This document shows positions 24,699 to 36,675 of a stretch of 64,000 nt of DNA, in pieces (positions within the stretch are counted from its first letter, which is position 1; each line of letters starts with the position of its first letter). The notes under the pieces were generated by a model that worked only from the letters and a program-made list of their open reading frames with translations, did not search any database and had not been told where the DNA came from. The position numbers and the translations under genes are program-made. Location of the stretch: contig JAWMAR010000135.1 in assembly GCA_036785375.1 (NCBI GenBank), positions 2,046,001 to 2,110,000 on the forward strand. The letters run 5' to 3'. Origin of the DNA: Leucoraja ocellata. Its lineage: Eukaryota.

Positions 24699-25949
24699 TA
24701 AGACAACATTTCCTCCACACTCACTTTGAATTGAATTCTCCTACAAGAGAAAAAATTGTCTGATCATTCAACCCCAGTAAATGGCTTTATAGGTGTCAAA
24801 TCAATTGTCCTCTGCCTCCCAAATTTCAATTAATGCAACTGACTGCACATGAATTAGTAGGCAACTGTTCTTGGAAGGCAAAATACAAACACATATCCAA
24901 AATATTTTAATAAAGGAGCATAAAATACATTAAAGACAGAACATAGTGCATGGAAAATGCTAACAGAATAATTTAAGCAAAAATTATTTTTCACTAGTTA
25001 TTCTTTCCCTGTTTTAATGCGTTCTAATTTTAACAAGCAATTTTAACATGGAGAAATCGGTGATAACGACTCTGAATCTCATTGATTTTGACTGCACAGG
25101 ATGCCTCGCATGAATCCTCAAGTTTAATCTTTACGAAGCAGCATCACTGCTGACATTTTGAACTCACTTCATTTTGGCTTTCATCAAAGCTCTCTGCTAA
25201 ATCTCTGAGGAAATACTGCGAGTGCTGGCCTTAATTCTCTTTATATTTCTTCTGCTTTATATGCTATACGGTAAAACCTGATTAGACCTGACAGATTAAA
25301 CGGTGTTTTTCTGTTTTTTTTCCAGAATCCCTGCTGATGGACTGCTCTTGCATAATCATTCTAGCCATTATATTTGACTGAAAGATTCCCAGAAAACAGA
25401 AAACCTTTGTAAATAATAAAAACCTCTTAACCGATCACATATCAGTATCATGGATCAGTTGGGAAAAAATTGCAAGCCATGGCCAATGCTTAAAATGTTT
25501 GCAGAAAGCCTTGGTAGAATGCTTTGATTAAAGTCAAGAAGTGAGTCCAATATGTCAGCCTTAATGCTCTGCTAGAAAGATTAATTGTGAGGATTTATTT
25601 GAGACAGCTCTTGCCGTCAAAATTAATTAGATCCAGTCTTTATCAGTGATTCCTTGATTAAATGCTACTCGTTAAATTTTAAATGCATTAAAACGAGGGA
25701 CAGAGCAGTCACCAGTGTCCTTTTTACTTGCATAAAGACAAGACGTGTAAAAGGAATTCAGGTTGTTTTCTCCTCTAGAGTTCCAGCATTGACCACGACA
25801 GGGTTTCCTGCTTTAACAGCGGCTGTGATGATCAGAAGTTGCTTCAGCAGCAGCTCCCACCTTGTTCAAAGTCTCAATATTAACCCCATTGCTACCTGCA
25901 GCATCATTTTCAACCCAAGAATTATTGCTATTTTTCTTTTTCTCCACAG

Positions 25950-25998
25950 CTATCTCTAATAGAATTATTGAACGAATATTCTCCGGTGCAGTTACAAG
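25950..25998 (+). CDS. PPP2R3A: PPP2R3A coding exon (AISNRIIERIFSGAVTR)
   Basis: tctccacag acceptor, gtgagt donor; 49 nt. Confidence 0.95.
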
Positions 25999-26457
25999 GT
26001 GAGTATAACACCATCATTTTTGCATAATTAATTATATTTTTTTACATTGAGCTAATTCAAAATTGGGGATGTCATTTTGGAATTGCATTGTGTTTTTTGG
26101 GCAGTTGATTGATAAAGATATGTGACTGGAATGGAGGAAGCAGAGAGGGACTCTGATATAGATAGAGTAGATGGTAAGATACTTTGCCTCATGTCAAAGA
26201 CTCAAAGCAATAAGTTTAAGGTGGGAAGTGAGAGTTTAAAGGGGATCAGAGAATTAATATTTGTCTTCCAGAGGTGGATTGCAGGTGAGCTTGTCAATAA
26301 AAGTAGCAATGAGCTTTATCTGCCCTCGGTTATGGGTGTGGGTTGGAGATTTTACTATTTTTTTTAAAGAACATTTTGCATTTGTCTTTTTGAAAAGAGA
26401 TTTAGGAAGATTTCGTTTTGAATTGGTAAATACAACACCTCTGTCTTTGATTTTCAG

Positions 26458-26547
26458 GGGGAACTGTGTGCAGCGGGATGGACGAATGAGCTATGCTGAT
26501 TTTGTATGGTTTCTCCTTTCAGAAGAAGATAAGAAGAATTCCACAAG
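26458..26547 (+). CDS. PPP2R3A: PPP2R3A coding exon (GNCVQRDGRMSYADFVWFLLSEEDKKNST)
   Basis: ttttcag acceptor, gtagtt donor; 90 nt; MSYADFVWFL.SEEDK motif. Confidence 0.95.
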
Positions 26548-26699
26548 GTAGTTTTTATAACAAGGTTGTGAATGAACATTTCCAACTCTTGGTATTTACA
26601 TTTCTGTGTTTATTATTCATTCCTACAATATGGACATTGTCAAGTTCAACATTTATTGCCCATCCTTATTTAACTTTAAGAAGGTGGCAGTGAATAGAC

Positions 26700-27290
26700 C
26701 TGTTTCTGCAGCATCATCTGGAAGAGACATCAAGGCAATTTTGACGAGTTAAAATAGTGGACAAATAGATGCCAGATGCAATATGACGTGGATAAATGAG
26801 AAACAACCCACTTTGGTAAGAAACAGATAGTAAGAGCATTATTTAGATGGTGACAGGTTGGGAAATATTCAGTCAAAGGATGTTTTATACCCCAATTGCT
26901 AAAAATTAAGTTGAAGGCAAAGCAGGCAGATAAAAAGGCAGATGGATGTTGACCCTCATTGCAAAAGATCTTGAGTACAGGAGCAAGAATTTTATATAGG
27001 ACCTTGGTGATGTTTGCAGTATTGTGTATGGTTTTGGTTTCCTTACCTGAGAATGGAAATAATCATAGAGATAGTGTAATGAAGAACTGCCAGGCTGAAT
27101 GGTGGAATGGTTTTACGAGAAGCAGTTGGGTTAACAAGGCCTGGATTCAGAAAAGTTTAGAAGAATGTGAGGCAGTCTCATAGGCATGTGAAAAACATTT
27201 GAAAGGACTGGACAGGCATGGTACTCTGCGGATGTTTTCTTAGCTGGATAGTCTAGAATCTTGGATCATAGTCTTTAGAATATGAGGTAA
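26700..27290 (+). mobile_element. Degenerate CR1 LINE fragment
   Basis: GTGGATAAATGAGAAACAACCCACTTTGGTAAG...GCAGGCAGATAAAAAGGCAGATGGATGTTG homologous to the copy at 5260-5760. Confidence 0.7.
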
Positions 27291-27294
27291 AGAA

Positions 27295-27767
27295 CAGATG
27301 ACCCCTCCGTTACAACAGTTCAGGTAATGGAAATTCACCCTTGTTGAATTCACAAATCACTAATACCAACCACCTGGGATACGGAATATAAATGTGCTCT
27401 TCTGAAACTTCTGGGTGGCACAGTGTACGTTCTCCCTGTGGCTGCGTGGGTTTTCTCCGGGTGCTCCGGTTTCCTCCCACATTCCAAAGACTTAACAGGT
27501 TTGTAAGTTAGTGTGTAGGATGTGTGTAATCCTAGTGTGTAGGATTGTGCTAGTGTAAGGGGTGATCACCTGTCGGCGCAGACCCAGTGGGCCGAAGGGA
27601 CTGTTTCCTTGTTGTATCTCTAGTCTAAAGTAAAAAATAAATACCAATTAATTTTTTTAACTTGTATTTCTTGGCACCTGCACAGATGATGAAGCTTCAT
27701 GTTATGGAAATTTGTGATATGGACTGTTTTCCAGGACCCGCTCATTGTAACATGTTGTGGTTACCTG
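27295..27767. mobile_element. Possible old DNA-transposon remnant (Tigger/pogo-like ends) carrying an internally deleted V-SINE (27412-27632)
   Basis: Imperfect inverted ends cagatgacccctccgttacaa / ttgtaacatgttgtggttacctg; V-domain and SINE tail are clear. Confidence 0.45.
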
Positions 27768-27973
27768 TAGGTAGAACTTTAAACTTTCCCTCCTATCACC
27801 ATAAATCTACGTCCTCTAGTGTGTGACATGTTGATCTTGACGAAAAGACTCCTGTCTATGCCTCTCAGTATTTTATTTCCTTCTCAGGTCATCCCTCAGC
27901 CTCCAATGCTCTAGATAAAACAATCCGAGGAGTAAGGAGTAATAAGTATTAAGTTGTTTTCATTGTCTTTTAG

Positions 27974-28149
27974 CATGGAATACTGGTTTCGGGCCATGGA
28001 CATTGATGGGGACGGGGTGCTGTCCATGTATGAGCTAGAATACTTCTATGAAGAGCAATGTGAACGGATGGAGGGAATGGGCATTGAGCCATTGCCATTC
28101 CATGATCTCCTCTGTCAGATGCTGGATCTTGTGAAGCCAGAATGTGAAG
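27974..28149 (+). CDS. PPP2R3A: PPP2R3A coding exon with EF-hand 2 (SMEYWFRAMDIDGDGVLSMYELEYFYEEQ...KPECE)
   Basis: cttttag acceptor, gtaaat donor; 176 nt; DxDGDGxLSxxE Ca-binding loop. Confidence 0.97.
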
Positions 28150-28249
28150 GTAAATAACTGTACAAATATATCACCCAGATGTTTCTACAATCTTTATCTT
28201 TTAGCATAGAACAACATTATTTTCAGAAAATGAATAATCAAACATTATA

Positions 28250-28651
28250 TTTGTTTAAGAAGGAACTGCAGATACTGGAAAATCGAAGGTTCACAAAAAA
28301 GCTGGAGAAACTCAGCGGGTGCAGCAGCATCTATGGAGCGAAGGAAATAGGCAATGTTTCGGACCAAAACCCTTCTTCAGACTGATGGGGGGTGGGGGTG
28401 GGGGGGCGGGGACAAGAAAGGAAAAAGGAGGAGGAGCCCGAAAGCTGGGGGATGGGAGGAGACAGCAGGAGGGCTGAGGAAGGGGAGGAGACAGCAAGAA
28501 CTAACAAAATTGGGAGAATTCAATGTTCATGCCCCAGGATGCAGACTCCCCAAGCGGAATATGAGGTCCTGTTCCTCCAATTTCCGGTGTTGCTCGCTCT
28601 GGCCATGGAGGAGACCCAGGACAGAGAGGTCGGATACGGAGTGGGAGGTGT
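28250..28651 (-). mobile_element. Truncated PLE 3' end (GIY-YIG C-terminus + terminal repeat)
   Basis: Closely similar to 62119-62510; 16-bp TSD ataatcaaacattata (28234-28249, 28652-28667). Confidence 0.9.
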
Positions 28652-29117
28652 ATAATCAAACATTATAGACTGATTATATACACAATTTCACATCAATGTT
28701 TTTTACTCCCTGGAATGCTGGTTTGGTAAACAGGCAGTATCTAGTGTGAATGTAGCTATGAATTATCATCATTCTCTTATGTATAAAGGGCACCTTGAGC
28801 TTACTTAACAGTGCATTCTTGTATCACATGTATGTCTCTCTAGTTTGTGACACATTGACTTTCATCAGTAGGGGAAATGGAAATTAGACAAAAATAATGA
28901 AGCTATACTAAACATTAAATAATTTGGATTTGAGATATGCAAAAGTGACTAAATAATGTGAATTTTCAGTACGTTATTTTAAGGCAAATTTATCAATAAA
29001 AACTTCTAGGATAGGTTAGAATGTTTTAGTTTTCATACATAAAAGTTTCTTGCTCTATAGAAAGCTATATTACTGTTTCAGGGAATTATTGAAAACCTAC
29101 AGTTTCTGGTATAGCAA

Positions 29118-29240
29118 ATAGAAAGGAACTACAGAGACTGGCTTATACCAAAGATAGACACAAAGTGCTGGAGTAACTCAGAGGATCAGGCTCCAGATGC
29201 TGCCTGACCTGTTGAGTGACTACAGCACTTTATGTCTATC
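29118..29240. mobile_element. Fold-back PLE terminal-repeat element
   Basis: GATAGACACAAAGTGCTGGAGTAACTCA / TGAGTGACTACAGCACTTTATGTCTATC; 12-bp TSD ctggtatagcaa (29106-29117, 29241-29252). Confidence 0.8.
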
Positions 29241-31251
29241 CTGGTATAGCAAGATTGTTTTCAAACCAAAGTTTTAGCAATGTGTTTGTATTGTATTTGG
29301 AGATGGTCTGTGAGCCAGGGTTTGGTGCTGTCTGTTGGAATAATCTACGGGAGACATCGGTGGGTACCTGCTGCAATGCGTCCTGACCACAGTACTGTGT
29401 GGTAATGGCAAGCTCATGATGCCATCACATTACATACCCACATGACTTCCTATCATATTTACGTGCAAACACAGTAAACTATTTTCCCTCTTTGGAAAAG
29501 TGTTTCACATACACAGTGATTATAAGTTGTGTCCATCAACTGGTTTTCTCAGACACTTAAATCTCCTTAACTATGTTTTTATCGCTGGCATTTTTACTTT
29601 TTGTGCCATTGAACATATTACAAATTGATTCATCTCGCTGTTGACATGTGTAAGCTCTTCTGTATGCACTTCTGGAACACATTTGTCATTACATATTTCT
29701 ATGATACGGCATTTTTCTCTTGCAGGAAGTACTTGTTTTATTGGTTTTAATACTTTCCCGGGTTACCGGAATTATTTTTCCATTGTGTTGTTGATTTCAT
29801 TCAAAATGTTGGGTACACTACAGTTTCTCGACTTCCTTCACCATAACAAGTCTATTAGTGGTTTTAACGTTTGTGGCTCATGAAGTGCCCTGCTGGGGTG
29901 CATCCTGTGCGACACAGTGCGTCACAGGATGATATCTGAACACAAAGTTAACTAGACTTAACAATATTGGAAGCCTTGTTCCCTCGATACTTCCAAAGAA
30001 TAGAGACAGTTTTCAGTTACACTGCTAGAAGCTGGATGTTATGAGGGAATTAATGAATGCTTGATATGCTTGTTCCTCATGAAGAATTTGAAACACATGA
30101 GGCAAAATTGACATGACACCAATTCTTCAGGCATACCTTGGGGTTGCAAAGATCGATCTCAGCCTCTTAATTATATGCTCTGCTAGCATACTTGATCCCC
30201 CATGACTAACTTCAATCCATTTGAACACGAAAATTATTGATGCCTTTCTGTCAAAGAATCAATGTGAATTCTATGAATGTGGTTCACTTCTTTATCTGTA
30301 GGATTGGCACTTGTTCTGTACTATTGGGAGACTGTGCATGGTGACATTTATGTGGCATTATCAATATCTGACCCAAATACAAGATTTGGCTACAGCTGTC
30401 ATTTGTACTCCTGCCAGTATGTGCAGTGTGTAATTTATCTAAGATCTCAGATGAATATGTTCCCCTCTTCAGACATCCTCGATCAGTGAATAATTATAAT
30501 CTTCTGTTTTGAAATGGGTGCAGACCTACATTTAATATTGTTGATGGTTTTCCCCTTACATGCTTGTGAAATATATTAATTCAATAGCCTTTATTTTGCT
30601 GTCTGAGCATAATTCCATTTGCTTCTGTTTAAAGTGCATGATGCAAAAGAGAATTCTCCTGGCTTTCAAATTTGATGTGACAACATTCCTGCATGGTTTA
30701 AGTAATCACAGCCTTACACCATCATCCTCTGTATCCTTCCATGAAGCCAATTTTCTATCCAGTTTGGCTAGCTCTCCCTGGATCCCATGTGATATAACTT
30801 TCCAGAGCAGCCTACCAACCTCTTGTGTCAACCACGACTATTGGTCCATATAACAGTTAGCACCTGGTACTTTACTTAAGTATTTCATAAAACCATGTTA
30901 AATGTGAATGGCTGAATTTCCTGCTGTAGTAGATCTATTGCTTTATGAATTGTCATCTGAACATCCAGGTCATTGCTCACACATGCCTTAATATTTTGTT
31001 GTTTCCTCCAATTCTGAAATGAGTATGGATGCAATATGTGTAATTCTTCTCCATTGGGGACACCTTCCATTTGTGCAAGGTTCCTCTCTGTAGCTTTCAA
31101 AAGAGGAAGTTTGTTGACAGCTTTATAGATAGGTAAGGAAAATGCAGCACTTAGATGGAGACATGGCTGCAAGTAATTTGTCAGTGTAAAGATATTTGTA
31201 GTTTTACTAGTGTTTTCCCAGTTTTATCTTCATTCTTCTTCTTCTATCCAG

Positions 31252-31370
31252 GTAAAATAACCATGCGAGATCTAAAGAGGTGCCGAATGGCTCATATCTT
31301 TTATGATACCTGCTTCAACTTGGAAAAGTATCTGGACCACGAGCAGAGAGATCCATTTGCTGTGCAAAAG
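31252..31370 (+). CDS. PPP2R3A: PPP2R3A coding exon (GKITMRDLKRCRMAHIFYDTCFNLEKYLDHEQRDPFAVQK)
   Basis: ctatccag acceptor, gtaact donor; 119 nt. Confidence 0.96.
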
Positions 31371-32654
31371 GTAACTGTATATGGGGCAACCAAGCAGTGT
31401 GAATTGTCCCCAATGAAGCAAAATGCATTTGTTTCAATCTTAAGGCAGGGGATGTGTTTTGAGCAACAGAGCTATATCTGATCTGAACCTATTTACTTCA
31501 TTTGAGAGGATGTGATAATTTCGCATCATGCTGCAAGTGGGTAAGTTTTATAATACAAGAATATTCATAATATGGCTCGGTATGCAATAGAATCCCCTCA
31601 AAACCTACTGGTCATCAGTATCGAGACTCATCTATAAAGAATAATTTCTGACACAAGCAATTTATGCCTCGGAATCATACACTGATCAGTGAACGAGAAA
31701 ATAAGAGAAAACTGAAAGAGTGAGTAGAGAAGTATACTGAGAATATTGGGATTTTAATCACGATTAAGTATAACTACCTTATCATATAGCGTATATTGCA
31801 GAGCCCTAATTGGTTGTTGTACTCTTGGTCCTCCAGTCCAAAAATGCACAAGTAAGAATTTACCTGTAATTTTTAAAAGAAAGTGTCTGCATGAACCATG
31901 CTGGAAACCTGCTTCAACCCCTAGTTGATGCACCTGCAGATACGAATAGCCCACGGCTTGGCGTGGAGAGGTTGCCTGCGAGTGATGGTGTTGGGCAGGC
32001 TGGTTAAGTGGTGCCACTGCTCTGCATTGGGATATGGGCCTTAGAGGTGCACCCTGGTCATTTCAAGTGATCAGATTCCTGGATTCCGCAGCCTTTTTTA
32101 CCACTTGGTGTGGGAATTGATGGAAGCTAGTGCCCTCCCCTCGCTTTGTTTGGCTGCACAGCTCGTCCAAGCCTGGAGATTGCTCCATGATAAAAAGAGC
32201 AATAGTTATAGCTGCCCTTTGACCGTGCGCAACCAAAACAGAGAGGGAGGCAACAATGTCTATCAATCTATGAGCCTTCATAGGCACTCTATAGGCTATG
32301 CAATCTAGCTCAAAGTGAGATACCAGGGAACTTGTAATATACTCTCTGTTTATACAGTTCTGATTTTGTTCTTCTAAAAAATGTTCTGCAATTTGGATAA
32401 CTGTAATATTGTCTATGGGGTTATCAACACTTGACAGCAATGTATAAGAGAGAGCCTTATTAAAGGCATCAATCTCAGCTTTAATATTGTAGACTATTAC
32501 TTTGCCTTGAGCAATAGCAGCAAGTAGGCATGCCTTTTGTTGATATTGATCATAGAGGGGAAAAAAATGGAATAATGTCTATTCAATTTATATTATAGCC
32601 CAGTATAAAGTTTTACCCTTGAGTACCTAGTGTATATTATATATATAATATATA

Positions 32655-32897
32655 CTGTCTGTGCTGTCTGTACAGAGTTTGTACCTTCTCTCCGCAGGTG
32701 GGTTTTCTCCGGGTAGTTCAATTTCCTCCCACACTCCAGACGTACAGATTTGTAGGTTAATTGACCAGTAAAAATTGTAAATTGTCCCTATTGTGTTGCA
32801 GGATAATGCTACTGTACGAGGATCGCTGGTCGGCACGGACCCGGTGGGCCAAAGGGCCCGCTTCCACGCTGTATCTCTAAGCTAAACTAAAACGAAA
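32655..32897 (+). mobile_element. 5'-truncated HE1-like V-SINE
   Basis: V-domain plus GGGCCAAAGGGCC...GCTGTATCTCTAAGCTAAACTAAAA tail. Confidence 0.8.
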
Positions 32898-33072
32898 CCA
32901 TTAGCTTCCTGATTAAATTATGCATAGTCTTTTTTGTCAAACTGAATGTTTCCAAAATAAGATTGATTGAACTTTAAAGCATAATTAATTGTTCTTATGT
33001 TCTTATACATTAAAATAATTGCAGCATTAATCCCCTGGGTGGTCATTGACGATTGTATTTTGTTTCTTTCAG

Positions 33073-33179
33073 GATGTCGACAGTGATGGTCCAGAACCTT
33101 CCGACTGGGATAAATACGCAGCTGAAGAATATGAAATTTTAGTTGCTGAGGAATCGGCCAATGAACAGTTACAGGAAGG
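33073..33179 (+). CDS. PPP2R3A: PPP2R3A penultimate coding exon (DVDSDGPEPSDWDKYAAEEYEILVAEESANEQLQEG)
   Basis: ctttcag acceptor, gtagga donor; 107 nt; SDWxxxAAEEYxxLVAEE motif. Confidence 0.95.
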
Positions 33180-33208
33180 GTAGGAGTCTTCAAATAATAT
33201 TTAGCAAT

Positions 33209-33300
33209 CTGAAGAAGGGTCTTGACCCGAAACGTCGCCTATTTCCTTCGCTCCATAGATGCTGCCTCACCCGCTGAGTTTCTCCAGCATTTTTGTCTCC
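33209..33300 (+). mobile_element. Solo PLE terminal repeat with intact hammerhead core
   Basis: CTGAAGA-A-GGGT(cttg)ACCC-GAAA-C-GTC at 33209-33236; ~21-bp degenerate TSD cttcaaataat... Confidence 0.8.
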
Positions 33301-33548
33301 CTTCAAATAATGTTAATCAATTTTTCAATGCGTCACAGCAGAGCAGAGAAAATCTTCTTAATTGTTTCCTTATGAATCTTAGGTTGCTTTTCTTGATTGC
33401 AAGGAATAAATGCAAAACACTTTCTGGTAACCTTTTTAAAATTCATTTTACAATGTTTTAACAATAAGGTTAGCAGCTTAAAATGGATGGAATCAAAATG
33501 TGATCAGCATGGATCAAAACTTGATGCATTAGTAAAGAACTATCTTAC

Positions 33549-33728
33549 GTGTAGGACGAAACTGCGGATGCTGGTTTAAACTGAAGATGGACACAAAAAG
33601 CTGCAGTAGCTCAGCAGGTCAGGCAGCATCTCTGGAGAAAAGGAATAGGTCCTTTGGCAGAATCTCTGGAGAAAAGGAATAGGTCCAGAAGGGTCTCAAC
33701 ACGAAAAGTCACCTATTCCTTTACTCCA
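33549..33728. mobile_element. Rearranged PLE terminal-repeat element (internal duplication + inversion)
   Basis: ATCTCTGGAGAAAAGGAATAGGTCC duplicated, then inverted GAAGGGTCTCAACACGAAAAGTCACCTATTCC. Confidence 0.75.
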
Positions 33729-33966
33729 ACTTATGTCTGGTGAAATAATCCTTCGCTGAAAAGAGCAGGTTAAAATAGTTGAGGAAATTAACTCCCCCTC
33801 ATCCTTGCTATCACTCTGTGGTTGTAATTGTAAGTGCCTAACCACAAGTTTCCGCCAGTTGGCAGCTCGGATTAGAAATCGGTTATTATCTACTTTTACA
33901 ACCATAGTACACAAAAACGTATCCTGTGGTTGCATTATCGTACAATCATTTGTTTTTTCCCCACAG

Positions 33967-34063
33967 CTCATTTGAAGAAGACTATGAATCAGATGAACTA
34001 TCCACTGCCCCAGAACTCAACAGCAAGATAGACAAGCTTGTCATTTCCGACCTGCCAACATAA
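33967..34063 (+). CDS. PPP2R3A: PPP2R3A last coding exon (SFEEDYESDELSTAPELNSKIDKLVISDLPT*)
   Basis: ttttttccccacag acceptor; in phase with previous exon; TAA at 34061-34063. Confidence 0.9.
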
Positions 34064-36494
34064 ATGTAAAGCTAGCTCAGCTGCTGGACAGTCAGGGTGA
34101 CCAGTGCACATTAACCTTGAAGACTGACTGCCACCCAGTCAGGTGTGTCGTGTAAAGAAATTGTTAATACTTTTTTTGTCGGCTTTTTTGTTGAAGAGAA
34201 TATGCTAGATTTTATATCAGAACGAAGTACATGCTTACTGTGTGCAATGGACTTTATTCAAAATTTTAAAATATTGTCTGTTTGTGCAATATGTCTTAAA
34301 ATGCAGTGTTATGTTTGTGGATTTTTATTAGCTGCCATTGCTGCGTTTGACGCCGTTTAGTTTTGCTTGTTCTTTCCATTTTTTCACCCTCTTGTTCACC
34401 TTTCCGGGTTGACTTCTTTGCAGTGCAAACCACCCTTTAATCTGTGCCTTACTTATCAAGGCTTCATAAAGTTCCTTTCTTCCTATTAGCAGTCTCAAGC
34501 ACTGATTTTGTTTTGCTCTCATTGTCAATTGACAGCAATAGCCGAATAGGCTGATTATCTGCACAAGTCAGAAACACCACTGCAAACCTGCCTTTATATA
34601 ACGTTTCAATTGTAGAAAAACATCCCAGGTACTTTCACTGTATGAATGTCGGATGAAATGCACAGTATTACCCACAAAATCAAACCAGCCAGAGATATAA
34701 GAAAACTGATTAAAGGAAACTCCCTGCTTTCCAATTTCCTTGCATGCATTGTATTAGCAAGTTTATCGGAGCCTCTATAAATTGGAAATCGGCTTTCATG
34801 AAAAGGCCATACAGTCACAACCACCAGCACACAGCAACTATAAGGCTTTCAGTCAGTTCTGCTCACGTTTTTTAAGTGATAATTTGAGCCTAAATCTTGG
34901 GCTCTTGTTCTGACTTCCATCTAACATCCATCTGCTTTTTTGGAATCTACAATTTTGTGCTCAATTCATGCTAATGCAATGGTCCAGTAATTCATTCAAT
35001 AGGCAATTGATGTAGTTTTGAATGTGGATTAAACATTCAATGTCCAAGTAGTCCCTTTCTTCCAACCACATAACAGCTCAAGGCCAAACACAAAACTTCA
35101 TGCTGAGGGTGCAAATTGCAGGATAAATTTACAAGTACTTTATATAAGCAACCAACCTCAAATTTCAGTGAACACTGTCAAAAAATTGATCGCAAAGTAA
35201 TTGTTTGAAATTCTACCCCAATGAAAATAGGATAGTAAATTTCAGTCCTACAGAAGTCAAAATCTCAAAAGAATTGTGGCCACAACAAGTAGAAATTTAA
35301 TTTAGGACCCATATGAAAACAACATGGTACTTTCTATTTCTGAATATTAATAGAAGAATTGTAAAGAAAGCAGATTCTGTGTTCCTAATAAGAAACTGTT
35401 AACACAGTGAAGAGTCTGTAAATTGAATCAAGTTATGTAACTACTACAAAATATATAATGCAGAAGCATTTACTTTGTCATTCAATGTAATTTACTTTTA
35501 TTTTGATTTTGTTTTGATATTGTAAACTAAAGCTGCTTTGCAGCCTTAGTTAGAAATGTTGCATAATGTCGAGTCAATTTTACCAGTATGATTATTTTTC
35601 CCCCACGCTTTCCATTGGCCCAATACCAAGCTGTCTGATTTTGCAATTTTAATGTACTCCAGTTGCCTCTGTTGTGGAGGTTAGTTTATTTCAAAAGTGA
35701 ACACAATTCAATTGCCATTTCAAAATTTCTTGACTCTGCACAGTGGAGGTCAAACTTTATTTGTAGCCCATGATTTCCTCCAGCATGGGCCAACTACTTG
35801 TTTCAATAAATTACAAAGAAGGAACTTGACATCGCAGTGTTCAATAGAGAAAAATATTTTGCAAAAAGAACAGGAGACGATGGAAATATCTAGAACATAA
35901 TACAACGTTATGGAGAGAGACACAAGAGTTAAGAGTTCCAGGTTGATGATATTTTGGTTTTCATGAAAGGCAGTCTGTTCATTTCTTCACATGCTGCCTG
36001 ACGTGTTCAGTATTTACAGCCTTTTATGTTTTATTTCAGATATCCTGCAACTGCAGGACTTTGTTCTCTGTTTTTGAAATGGTATTTTAACAGTATGGAG
36101 GGAAGCATATAAAAAGGCAATTTAAAAATATTAGACAAATAGTTTCAGCAAAACTAGAAAGCCTGTTAAAACGAGTGATTTTTTATCTAATATCTTTTGT
36201 GTACACACACCTTGTTCTCTGCAACATCCTACAGCCCTTATTTTGCATGCAATATTTCTGGGTTGCTTTGCCTGGCTTTTGATATTGTCAATAAAAGGAG
36301 AACTGAAAATGCAGTGGGTAAATGGCAGGTCCGTAAAAATCTGTAAAAAGAAAAAGTTGAATACTTTTGATAGATTTCAGCTATTGTTTATAATTTTATT
36401 TTAAACATCAAGTTGTGCAGCAGTTTACCTGCCATTCAACCATGCATGTCCCAACTGTGATTGAACCAACCTTTTTTTCTTTCTGAACAATTGT

Positions 36495-36675
36495 TGAGCA
36501 GGTTTGCCTTACAGCATTAGTTTGATCCTGAATGCGGGTGCTGTCTGTATGGGGTTTTTACGTTCTCTCTGCGACCTCAAAACGTAGAACTAGTGTACGA
36601 GTGAATATTGGTCAGCGATGACTCGGTGGGCCAAAGAGCCTGTTTCCATGCCGTAGCTCTAAACTAAAGCAAACA
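36495..36675 (+). mobile_element. Internally deleted V-SINE
   Basis: GTTTGATCCTG B-box-like motif, start of V-domain, GACTCGGTGGGCCAAAGAGCCTGTTTCC tail. Confidence 0.65.
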
